Shown piece after piece: positions 17,147 through 25,217 of a stretch of 32,000 nucleotides of DNA. Within the stretch, counting starts at the first letter, position 1. Each line of letters begins with the position of its first letter. The stretch is from Acidothermus cellulolyticus 11B (GTDB lineage: Bacteria > Actinomycetota > Actinomycetes > Acidothermales > Acidothermaceae). The notes under the pieces were generated by a model, which was not told the origin of the DNA, made no database searches, and saw only the letters and a list, made by a program, of their open reading frames with translations. The DNA lies in the NCBI RefSeq assembly GCF_000015025.1, contig NC_008578.1, forward strand, positions 2,010,001 to 2,042,000. The letters run 5' to 3'. The position numbers and the translations under genes are program-made.

Positions 17147-17608
17147 TCACGCCGCCCGCCGCCACAGACTCACCGCGAGCGGCTGCCCGCGCCACGCCAG
17201 TTCGGCTCGGCGCAGCATCTCCGTACCGGGCAGGGTAAGCGCGCCGTACACCACGGCCGGCAGCGAGAGAGTCGAGGGCCCCGGCAGCATGCTCTTCACG
17301 TTCCCGCCGACCATGTTGGTGATCTCACCGATGGCGTCCGCAACCTCGACCGGAGTCACCTGGGTCAGCGGCATCGTGAAGAGGGCGGCCGCGGCCGCCT
17401 GGGCCGCCGCCGACGACAACTCCAGCATGATCGCGCCGACGTACGCGCCGGACAACTGCACGCACCCGGTCACCCGGTCGTCGTCCGGGACGTGGCCGCC
17501 GGCGACCAGTCCAGCGGGATCGCCGTCCAGGAAGGACATCCACACCTCGCGGGTGATCACTTCAAGGTCGTCGGCGCTGGGCACGTAGGTCATCGTCTGA
17601 GCTTCCAT
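17147..17608 (-). CDS. cheX: CheX-type chemotaxis phosphatase (CheC/CheX/FliY family)
   Basis: 153 aa with the family signature in GEITNMVGGNVK (E-x2-N-x3-G). It lies between two cheY genes. An alternative start is the ATG at 17593. Confidence 0.8.
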   Translation of the reverse strand: MEAQTMTYVPSADDLEVITREVWMSFLDGDPAGLVAGGHVPDDDRVTGCVQLSGAYVGAIMLELSSAAAQAAAAALFTMPLTQVTPVEVADAIGEITNMVGGNVKSMLPGPSTLSLPAVVYGALTLPGTEMLRRAELAWRGQPLAVSLWRRAA

Positions 17609-17616
17609 CGCTCCCC

Positions 17617-17985
<369 letters not shown>

Positions 17986-18106
17986 GGAGATGCACCTTCT
18001 TCCCAGCCGGCCCAGTGCGCAGATTCGATCGCCGTCCGCCATCGAGCGCGTCCTGTCCAGCCGATCGCCACCCTGGCGACCCGCGACACGGTCTCGGCAC
18101 GCGTAA

Positions 18107-19057
18107 TCATCGGCGTCCCAGCGGATTTATTGAGGCTTGGACGGCGGAGCCGCGGGCAGCCATCGGCGCGGCGGTTCCGAACCGCGGCCCGGCCCCGCCA
18201 CCCACCGGGGGCTCGTCACCGGCAACCTCCGGCATCCCGGCGCCCCGCGGCCGGTAGAAGGTTCCGGCGCCGGCGACCAGCCGGTCGAACGCGTCGTCCA
18301 AGCCCAAGGTGGTCTCCGACCCCCCGAGGAAGAGGTAGCCATCGGGCCGCAACACCTCGCGCACCCGACGCAGCACATCGATCTTCGTGGGGGTGTCGAA
18401 GTAGATGAGCACGTTGCGGAGGAAGACGACGTCGACGAACGGCAGGTTGAAGTCTTCAGCCAGGTTGAGTTTCTGGAACCGCACCAGATTCCGGACGGGT
18501 GCGACGACCCGCCAGTCGGTCTCGCACCGCTCAAAGTGCCGGACCAGCAGCGGCGCCGGCAGACCGCGGTTGACCTCGAGCTGGCTGTACCGGCCGGATT
18601 TCGCCTTGGCCAGCATCTCCTCGCTCACATCGGTCGCGAGGATCTCCACGCTCCACTCCGAGGTGATCAACGGGTGATCGATGACGGTCATCGCGATGCT
18701 GTACGGCTCCTGCCCGGACGAACAACCAGCCGACCAGATCGTGATGCGGCGGGTGCCGGCGCGGCGACGGCACAAATCCGGGATGACCACTTGGCGGAGC
18801 ACGGTGAACGGCTCTCGGTCGCGGAAGAACGACGTCTCGTTGGTCGTCAACGCTTCGACGATCTGACGACGCAACCGCTCGTCGCCGCTTGCCTGCACCC
18901 GGCCGATGAGCGCGGCCACGTCCCGGAAACCCGCCTCACGGGCCAGCGGGGCCAACCGGTTCTCGACCAAGTACTCCTTCCCCGGACCTAGGTTGATCGC
19001 TGTCATCTGTTTGACGAGATCCGCCACGTAGGTGAACGCCCAGCCGTTGATCGTCAC
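18107..19057 (-). CDS. cheR: Chemotaxis protein methyltransferase CheR, with a Pro/Gly-rich C-terminal tail of about 45 aa
   Basis: 316 aa. It has TNETSFFRD and the SAM-binding IWSAGCSSGQEPYS, followed by FLRNVLIYF. Its GTG start overlaps the cheB stop (GTGA at 19054-19057). Confidence 0.93.
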   Translation of the reverse strand: MTINGWAFTYVADLVKQMTAINLGPGKEYLVENRLAPLAREAGFRDVAALIGRVQASGDERLRRQIVEALTTNETSFFRDREPFTVLRQVVIPDLCRRRAGTRRITIWSAGCSSGQEPYSIAMTVIDHPLITSEWSVEILATDVSEEMLAKAKSGRYSQLEVNRGLPAPLLVRHFERCETDWRVVAPVRNLVRFQKLNLAEDFNLPFVDVVFLRNVLIYFDTPTKIDVLRRVREVLRPDGYLFLGGSETTLGLDDAFDRLVAGAGTFYRPRGAGMPEVAGDEPPVGGGAGPRFGTAAPMAARGSAVQASINPLGRR

Positions 19058-20223
19058 GACAGGCCCCCGAAGATGGTCACGGCTGGTACGTACGGCGGAA
19101 GCGCCCGGGCCGCCGGTGCCGGCGCAACGGCCACGTCAGCGACCGGCGGTGACGCGGGACGCAGCGACCCCACCCGGGGACGGCGGCCGATGGCCCGGCG
19201 AAGGGCGTCGGCGATCTGCGGCAGCGGCAGGACCGCGCTCGCGAGGCCGGCGGCGGCGATTGCCCCCGGCATGCCCCACACCACGGATGTCGCCTCGTCC
19301 TGCACAATGATCTGCCCGCCGGCGGCGTGGATGCGCTCGGCGCCCTTCAGGCCGTCGCGGCCCATCCCGGTGAGGACGCAGGCAAGCGCCCGTGCACCGT
19401 ACACGGAAGCGACCGAGCGGAACAGCACGTCCACCGAGGGACGGCAGTAGTTCTCCGGGGGTTCCTTGGTGAGGTGGACGACGACCTGTCCGGCCCGCCG
19501 GCGCACGACCAAGTGGGTGTCGCCCGGGGCGACGTAAATCCGACCCGCGACCGCGGGTTCGCCGTCCACCGCCTCACGAACCTGCATCGGGCAATTGCGG
19601 TCCAGACGCTCGGCGAAGAGCTTGGTGAAGAGCGGCGGCATGTGCTGGACGACGAAGACCGGGACGCCGAGGTCGGCAGGCAGGTGGGCGACGACCGAGG
19701 CGAGCGCATCCGGCCCGCCGGTCGAGCAGCCGATCGCCAGGGCTTCGACCATCCCGGGGGCCGCCGGGGGCGCCGGCGCAAGCCGCACGTCCGCGGACGT
19801 CGGCCGGGCTTCGCCGCGCCGGGCGGCAACCAGCGCTTTGATCTTCGGGATGAGATCGTCGCGCACCCGGGCAATCGACGCCGCGACGCTGGAGACCTTC
19901 GACGGCTTGGTCACGTAGTCGCTCGCCCCGGCGGCCAGGGCGTCGAGGGTGGCCTGCGCTCCGCGTTCCGTCACCGTGCTGAACATGATCACCGGGAGGC
20001 GCGGGTGGGTGCGTCGCAGTTCACGCAGGGTGGCGAGCCCATCCAGAACCGGCATTTCGACGTCCAACACCACGGCGTCCGGCCGCAGCTGCGGCAGCTT
20101 GTCGAGCGCGATCCGCCCGTTGGCCGCCGTGCCGACCACCTCCAGCTCGGGGTCCTCGTCCAGCACGGCGGCGAGCATCCGCCGGATCACCACGGAATCA
20201 TCGACGATCAGGACACCGATCAC
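19054..20223 (-). CDS. cheB: Chemotaxis response regulator protein-glutamate methylesterase CheB
   Basis: 389 aa. The receiver domain reads LIVDDS...VLDVEMP...VTKP. The esterase triad context is GCSTGGP, VQHMP and GMGRDG. It starts at GTG, 5 nt after GGGAGG. Confidence 0.93.
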   Translation of the reverse strand: MIGVLIVDDSVVIRRMLAAVLDEDPELEVVGTAANGRIALDKLPQLRPDAVVLDVEMPVLDGLATLRELRRTHPRLPVIMFSTVTERGAQATLDALAAGASDYVTKPSKVSSVAASIARVRDDLIPKIKALVAARRGEARPTSADVRLAPAPPAAPGMVEALAIGCSTGGPDALASVVAHLPADLGVPVFVVQHMPPLFTKLFAERLDRNCPMQVREAVDGEPAVAGRIYVAPGDTHLVVRRRAGQVVVHLTKEPPENYCRPSVDVLFRSVASVYGARALACVLTGMGRDGLKGAERIHAAGGQIIVQDEATSVVWGMPGAIAAAGLASAVLPLPQIADALRRAIGRRPRVGSLRPASPPVADVAVAPAPAARALPPYVPAVTIFGGLS

Positions 20224-20408
20224 ACCGACCTCCCACCCAGCCCGTCAGATGGGACATCGGCACGGCTTCACGAACCCTGAGCCGGAAAGTGGTCACGAAC
20301 TCCAGCCCGCCGAACCGGGTATGCGACAGGCGTCGGGTATCAACAGCCATCGCCCGGCGTAGCCGCGACGCCGGGTACACGACGGTCGTCGCCCAGCGCG
20401 GGCGCACC

Positions 20409-20448
20409 GGGGTCACAACCGCCGCAGTGGGGTCACGAACGCCGCACT
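20409..20448. repeat. Tandem 2 x 20 bp direct repeat upstream of cheB
   Basis: ggggtcacaaccgccgcagt is followed by ggggtcacgaacgccgcact (17/20 identical). The core ggtcacgaac also occurs at 20291, with a variant cttcacgaac at 20266. Confidence 0.85.
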
Positions 20449-20465
20449 GCGGAACCACCAAGCGA

Positions 20466-20498
20466 GGTGCACCGGCTCACGCGCCACGCCGGTGCACC
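20466..20498 (-). terminator. Candidate hairpin (10-bp perfect stem, 13-nt loop) directly after the stop of the unknown che-embedded gene
   Basis: ggtgcaccgg (20466-20475) and ccggtgcacc (20489-20498) are exact reverse complements. The hairpin abuts the stop codon at 20499-20501. No clear U-tract follows. Confidence 0.4.
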
Positions 20499-21491
20499 TC
20501 AGAGCATGCCGAGGACCGCCTCCCACGGGGCGACGAGCAGACCGTAGGTGACGTCGTCCAACAGATCGTGAACATCGACGGCCTGCAGACATCCGCTGAC
20601 CGCGTTCCACACGCCACGCGCCGCCTGATCGGCGGTCACGCCGGCGATCCGCAGGGCGCGAACCGCCTGAAATTGCGCGGCAGCAGCGGCCCGGAGCCGG
20701 CCCGACAGGTACGTCGCCCACGCGGCGTCGTGCATCCGCATGGCCCAGTCGCCCTCAACGGCGTGTGTCGCTGCGATGAGCGCTTCGGCTTCGATGGGTG
20801 ACAATGCGGCGATCCGGTCGAGCATGCCGCGGACGACGTCCGCGAACGGTCCCAGGTCCGCGGGGATCGGCGGCAGGCCGCGGGCTGCGGTGATCCAGGG
20901 TCGGGACAGGAAATGACGGACGTCGTCGGCCAGCCGGCGTCCGGCGTACGCAGCGGCAAGCGCGTCGGAGGCGAGCGTCACGACGTGCACCGGCGCCTCG
21001 GCGAGAATGTCGAGCCGCAGTAGGGCGAGGAAGTCGTCGAGATCGCCGAAGTAGGACCGCGCGAGGCTCGCCGCGGCGGTGCCGAGGCTCGGACGCGGAA
21101 CGCCGGTCTGATACCGCCCGGCGAGGCGGCGGAGAGCGTCCTCGATGACGCCGGCGACATCGGCGAGCGCTTGATCAACCCGAACCGGCGGGTCCAACGC
21201 CGAGACCGCGAGCCATGCGGCGGCCCGACGCGGATCATCGGCAGCGTCGGCGACGGCTTCAAAGCAGGCGAGGTCGCGGACCGGACCGCTGTCCGGTTGA
21301 ACAGCCAGCGCTTCGAGCAAGACGGTCGCGACCGCGGCACCGGTCGGCATCCGGGCAAGGTCGTATCCGACGGTGGGTGCGTTGACGAGTGAGTACACGG
21401 GTCCTCCGGCCGGGCTCGAGGGCATCGTCCCACGGCGCAGACCGGATTCCCAAGACCCGACCGGCCGAAACTGTACTGGCCGATCGGACAC
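20499..21491 (-). CDS. Uncharacterised protein encoded between cheW and cheB (Ala/Leu/Asp/Arg-rich, apparently all-helical and soluble)
   Basis: A 330-aa ORF with consistently high third-position GC. The likely start is the GTG at 21398, 4 nt after GGAGGA, giving VYSLVNAPTVGYDL... (299 aa). I found no MCP, CheC, CheD, CheV or CheZ motif and no TM segment. Confidence 0.7.
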   Translation of the reverse strand: MSDRPVQFRPVGSWESGLRRGTMPSSPAGGPVYSLVNAPTVGYDLARMPTGAAVATVLLEALAVQPDSGPVRDLACFEAVADAADDPRRAAAWLAVSALDPPVRVDQALADVAGVIEDALRRLAGRYQTGVPRPSLGTAAASLARSYFGDLDDFLALLRLDILAEAPVHVVTLASDALAAAYAGRRLADDVRHFLSRPWITAARGLPPIPADLGPFADVVRGMLDRIAALSPIEAEALIAATHAVEGDWAMRMHDAAWATYLSGRLRAAAAAQFQAVRALRIAGVTADQAARGVWNAVSGCLQAVDVHDLLDDVTYGLLVAPWEAVLGML

Positions 21492-21587
21492 CCTGCATCC
21501 GGCGCTTGGGTTCTCGGCTCGGTGCGCCAGCGGCGGCCGACCGGCTGATGCGACGCTGAACAGCCGTGCGCCGAGGGGTCGCCGCTG

Positions 21588-22010
21588 TCACGCAGCGACG
21601 ACCCGGTCGACGTCCAGGGCGAGGAGCAGCCGGCCGTCCATCTTGTATGCGCCGCGGATGAAGGCGCGTCCCGCGCCGGTGAGTGTCTCCGGCGGCATCT
21701 CGAACTGCTCCGACCGGACGTTCTCCACGTCACCGATCGCGTCGACCAGGAGGCTGATCGGTTCGTCGTCGACGCGGACCACGACGTTCATGGGCGTCGC
21801 GTCTTCCGGCAGCGGCGGGAGACCAAACCGGGTCCGGACGTCGATCGCGGTGACCACTTCCCCGCGGAGGTTGATGAGCCCTGCCGTGCCGTGGGGGGCG
21901 AGGGGGACCGGCGTCATCTCCTGATGCCGGATGACCTCTTGCACCCGGTGCACCTCGACGCCGAGCCAGAAGGCGTCGAGGTAAAAGGTGGTGAATTGCG
22001 TGACGCTCAT
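21588..22010 (-). CDS. cheW: Chemotaxis coupling protein CheW
   Basis: 140 aa, typical CheW: ...FYLDAFWLGVEVHRVQEVI...GLINLRGEVV..IDVR...LLVDAIGDV.... Its ATG overlaps the cheA stop (ATGA at 22007-22010). Confidence 0.92.
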   Translation of the reverse strand: MSVTQFTTFYLDAFWLGVEVHRVQEVIRHQEMTPVPLAPHGTAGLINLRGEVVTAIDVRTRFGLPPLPEDATPMNVVVRVDDEPISLLVDAIGDVENVRSEQFEMPPETLTGAGRAFIRGAYKMDGRLLLALDVDRVVAA

Positions 22011-24619
22011 CGGTCACCTCCCGCGGCGCCTTCGCCCGCCCCGGCCAGCGCCGTGTCGTAGTCGTCGTACGCGGACACGTCCGCGGCGTCGCTGGCCGCC
22101 ACCGCCTCGAAGAACTGCGGGTCGGCGGCGCGAATTGCTTCTTCCATGTCCAGCAGCTCGGTGACACGGCCGTCGACCACGACCACACCGGTGACGCCCG
22201 GAGCAGTGAGATCACCGCGCGATCCCGGCGTTTCCGCACCGATGTCGATGACCGTGTCCACGACAAGCCCGACGCTGCGGCGACCCTGGGTGTACACGAC
22301 GACCGTGAGCCGCTCGCCGTCACTCGCGGGTTCGCCGAGCAGGTCCGAAAGCCGCGCCAGCGGCAGGTAGTGGCCGCGGTACTGGACGACGGGCCGCCGG
22401 CCGACGTGTTCGATCTGAGCGGCGTCGATCTCCTCCAGCCGGGTCACCATGGACAGCGGAATGCCGATCCGGCGGTGACCGACGGCGACGACGAGCAGTG
22501 CCTCCGGACCGCCGACCCGATGGGCGGCGTCGTCCGCGCTTTCCGTGGCGGCATGGTGATCGGCGTCCTGGACGACGTGCGCCCGGCGGGCCAGCGCCCG
22601 CACGTCGAGGATGAGGCACACCCGCCCATCACCCATGATCGTGGCTCCGGCGTAGGCGCCGATCTCCTTCAGCTTGCGGGAGAGCGGTTTGACGACGATC
22701 TCCTCGGTGTTGAGGATGCGGTCCACGACGAGCCCGAAGCGTCGTCCCTCCGCCTGAAGCACCACGATGGACACGATCTCCGGAAGCGGGTCCCCGGGCC
22801 GCGGCGGCCGGCCAAGCCCCAGGATGTGGTCGAGCCACACCAGCGGAATGAGATTGCCCCGCAGACGGAAGACCGGGGCGTCGGAGAGGAATTCCACCCC
22901 CCGACTGGCCTGGTCGCCTTCCAGGCTGACCAGCTCGTCCAGGTTGACCTGCGGGATCGCGTACCGCTCCCCCCGGCATTCGACGGTGAGCGCCGGAATG
23001 ATCGCCAGCGTGAGGGGGATTTTGATCCGCAAAGTTGTGCCGACCCCGAGTTCGCTGGTGACGTCGACGGTCCCGCCGATCCGCTCGACGTTCGCCCGGA
23101 CGACGTCCATGCCGACGCCGCGGCCGGAGACGTTCGTGACCGTCTCGGCAGTGCTCAACCCGGGCACAAAAATGAGGTTGATCAGCTCCCGCTGGCTCAT
23201 CCGGCGGACGTGCTCGGCGTCGAAGCCGGCCTGAATCGCGCGCTCGGCCACCCGCTGCGGGTCGATGCCGGCGCCGTCGTCGGTGATTTCGATGTTGACC
23301 TGGCCGCCTTCGTGGTAGGCGCGGAGCACGAGCCGGCCCTCAGTCGGCTTGCCCCGTTCCCGCCGCACCTCGGGTGCTTCGATGCCGTGGTCGATGGCGT
23401 TCCGGACGGCGTGAACCAGCGGATCCTTGATCGCCTCCAGGATGGTCTTGTCGAGTTCGGTGTCTCGACCCTCGATCTCCAGCCGGACCTGCTTGCCGCA
23501 CGCGAGGCCCAGATCCCGGACGACCCGCGGCAGCTTGCTGAACACCGTGTCGATTGGCTGCATCCGGGTCTTCATGACGCCCTCTTGCAGCTCGGTGACA
23601 AGCAGGTTCAGCCGCTGGGCGGCCCGGGCAATGACCGAGTCCGACTGGGTGGCCGCGGTCGCGACGATCTGGTTGCGGGTGAGGACAAGCTCGCCAACGA
23701 GCCGCATCAGGGTGTCGAGCAGGGTGACGTCAACCCGAAGGGACGTTTCGGCGACGGTGTGCGGGGTCGTGCTTGCCTTGGCCTCCGCTTGCGCGGCGAG
23801 CGCCGCGCGGACCTGCTCGCTGGTCACCTGACCATGTTCGACGAGGATTTCGCCGATCGGCCGGGTATCGCCGAGCTCCTGTTCGAGGCGAGCGACGGCC
23901 AGGTCGGCGTCGTCGACGGCGGCCTGCTCCTTGAGGACCTCACCCAGGAGGGGAACCCGCGGCTCCTCCGGCTTGACCGCAGGCAATTTCGGCGGACGCC
24001 GACCGCGAGCCTTGGCCGGCGTGGCTTCCGGCGGCTGGTCGGGGTTGCCGGCCCCGGCTGGCGCCGGAACGTCAGCCGGCGGAGTGGCAGCGGGCGTCGG
24101 TGTCTCGGCCCCGGCTGGCGCAGCCGCGGCGGCTTCGCTGCGCCCCGGATCGGCAGGGCTGTCGGTGATGACCGAATCCGCCGCGTGGGCAGGGTGCGCG
24201 GCGGACTGGGTTTTGCCGGCGGCGTCCTCGGCCGGCAGTTCCTGCAACGCGGAGAGCTTGGCGGTCAACGCCGTGTAGTCGCCGTCGCCCTCGGTCCCGG
24301 TGGTCTCGATCGCGGCGAGGATGGTCCGAACGGCGTCGACAAGTTCGAGGAGCCCGTCGGCACGCTCCCGAGTGAACTCGAGTCCCCCGTCGCGAAGCTT
24401 GGCGAGCAGCCCCTCCCCCGCGTGGGTCAGGGCTTCGAGCTTGTTGAACGCGAGGAAGCCGCTGGTGCCTTTGATGGTGTGGATGGTGCGGAAGATGCTC
24501 TGCAGGAGGTCACGCGATCCGGGTTCTTGTTCCAGGGCGACGAGATCACGGTCGAGTTGGTCGAGGTTTTCGTAGCTCTCGACGAGGAACTCGCGGACGA
24601 TCTCCTCGAAGCCTTCCAT
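22007..24619 (-). CDS. cheA: Chemotaxis histidine kinase CheA. Architecture: HPt, Pro/Ala-rich linker, MshEN-like motifs, dimerisation domain, HATPase, two CheW-like domains
   Basis: I take the start as the ATG at 24619, 4 nt after GGAGGGAG, giving MEGFEEIVREFL.... The HPt domain reads FRTIHTIKGTSG. P3 reads LRVDVTLLDTLMRLVGELV. The HATPase boxes are HAVRNAIDHG, DDGAGID and GRGVGMD. Two CheW-like segments follow. The 112 upstream codons of the 982-aa ORF are Arg/Gly/Pro-rich and overlap arsC. Confidence 0.92.
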   Translation of the reverse strand: MEGFEEIVREFLVESYENLDQLDRDLVALEQEPGSRDLLQSIFRTIHTIKGTSGFLAFNKLEALTHAGEGLLAKLRDGGLEFTRERADGLLELVDAVRTILAAIETTGTEGDGDYTALTAKLSALQELPAEDAAGKTQSAAHPAHAADSVITDSPADPGRSEAAAAAPAGAETPTPAATPPADVPAPAGAGNPDQPPEATPAKARGRRPPKLPAVKPEEPRVPLLGEVLKEQAAVDDADLAVARLEQELGDTRPIGEILVEHGQVTSEQVRAALAAQAEAKASTTPHTVAETSLRVDVTLLDTLMRLVGELVLTRNQIVATAATQSDSVIARAAQRLNLLVTELQEGVMKTRMQPIDTVFSKLPRVVRDLGLACGKQVRLEIEGRDTELDKTILEAIKDPLVHAVRNAIDHGIEAPEVRRERGKPTEGRLVLRAYHEGGQVNIEITDDGAGIDPQRVAERAIQAGFDAEHVRRMSQRELINLIFVPGLSTAETVTNVSGRGVGMDVVRANVERIGGTVDVTSELGVGTTLRIKIPLTLAIIPALTVECRGERYAIPQVNLDELVSLEGDQASRGVEFLSDAPVFRLRGNLIPLVWLDHILGLGRPPRPGDPLPEIVSIVVLQAEGRRFGLVVDRILNTEEIVVKPLSRKLKEIGAYAGATIMGDGRVCLILDVRALARRAHVVQDADHHAATESADDAAHRVGGPEALLVVAVGHRRIGIPLSMVTRLEEIDAAQIEHVGRRPVVQYRGHYLPLARLSDLLGEPASDGERLTVVVYTQGRRSVGLVVDTVIDIGAETPGSRGDLTAPGVTGVVVVDGRVTELLDMEEAIRAADPQFFEAVAASDAADVSAYDDYDTALAGAGEGAAGGDR

Positions 24620-24732
24620 CGGACTCCCTCCGGCGCCGCCAGGATGCCGCCCGTTGCGGGGCACATTGCCACCATCGGCGTCGAGCGGCTTGGCCTGAAC
24701 GGGACTGCGTCGAGGACAGGCCCGCGGCCTGC

Positions 24733-25167
24733 TCAGGGGTTGCCGAAGGATCCGGCGGCAGCACCCGCCGCGCCGCCCGCGGCGTCCAGCTGGGCGATGA
24801 GCTCCCGAACCCGCCGGTCGACCTCGTCGCGGATCTCGCGAACCCGGTCCAGGGGCCGGCCATGCGGATCGTCGAGATCCCAGTCGATGTACCGCTTCCC
24901 CGGGAGGAAGGGGCACGCGTCGCCGCAGCCCATCGTGACGACGACGTCGGCCCATTCGGCGTCCTCGTGGTCGAGCGCCCGGGGAACCCGCCCGCTCAGA
25001 TCGACGCCGATTTCCCGCATCACCTCGACCACCTCGGGGTGAACGCGCTCGGCCGGCCGCGAACCGGCGGACCGGGCGTGGTGTGCCTCGCCGGCGAGGC
25101 GCCCGAAGAGGGCAGCCGCCATCTGGGAACGCCCGGCGTTCTGGATGCAGACGAAGAGCACGTTCAT
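24733..25167 (-). CDS. arsC: Low-molecular-weight phosphatase family arsenate reductase (ArsC-type)
   Basis: It reads MNVLFVCIQNAGRSQMAAALF, which contains the C-x5-R P-loop, and later TMGCGDACP. I chose the ATG at 25167 because the 18 upstream codons have low third-position GC. Confidence 0.75.
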   Translation of the reverse strand: MNVLFVCIQNAGRSQMAAALFGRLAGEAHHARSAGSRPAERVHPEVVEVMREIGVDLSGRVPRALDHEDAEWADVVVTMGCGDACPFLPGKRYIDWDLDDPHGRPLDRVREIRDEVDRRVRELIAQLDAAGGAAGAAAGSFGNP

Positions 25168-25217
25168 CGCGTCACCCGGGAGAAGGGCGGCACGTACTGT
25201 CGTTCCATTCGTCGGCC

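Noticed and set aside
20198-20461. 87-aa minus-strand ORF in the spacer upstream of cheB
   Set aside because: It is Arg-rich and would overlap the cheB start by 26 nt. It is built largely from the tandem repeats. Its third-position GC is only moderately high and it has no ribosome-binding site. I treat the region as regulatory, though a small protein cannot be fully excluded.
24620-24955. N-terminal 112 codons of the 982-aa cheA ORF
   Set aside because: The sequence is Arg/Gly/Pro-rich and overlaps the arsC coding region. The canonical HPt N-terminus MEGFEEIV starts at 24619, behind a strong GGAGGGAG ribosome-binding site.
22370-25042. 890-aa plus-strand ORF
   Set aside because: It is antisense to cheA. 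It is Arg/Gly/Pro/Asp-rich low-complexity sequence with no domain signatures, so it is a shadow ORF.
24733-25167. Functional link between the ArsC-type gene and the che locus, or an ars operon
   Set aside because: No arsR, arsB or ACR3 is nearby, and a 113-bp gap with a likely cheA promoter separates them. Adjacency alone is insufficient. The gene appears to belong to the upstream PHP-marC-arsC co-directional group.
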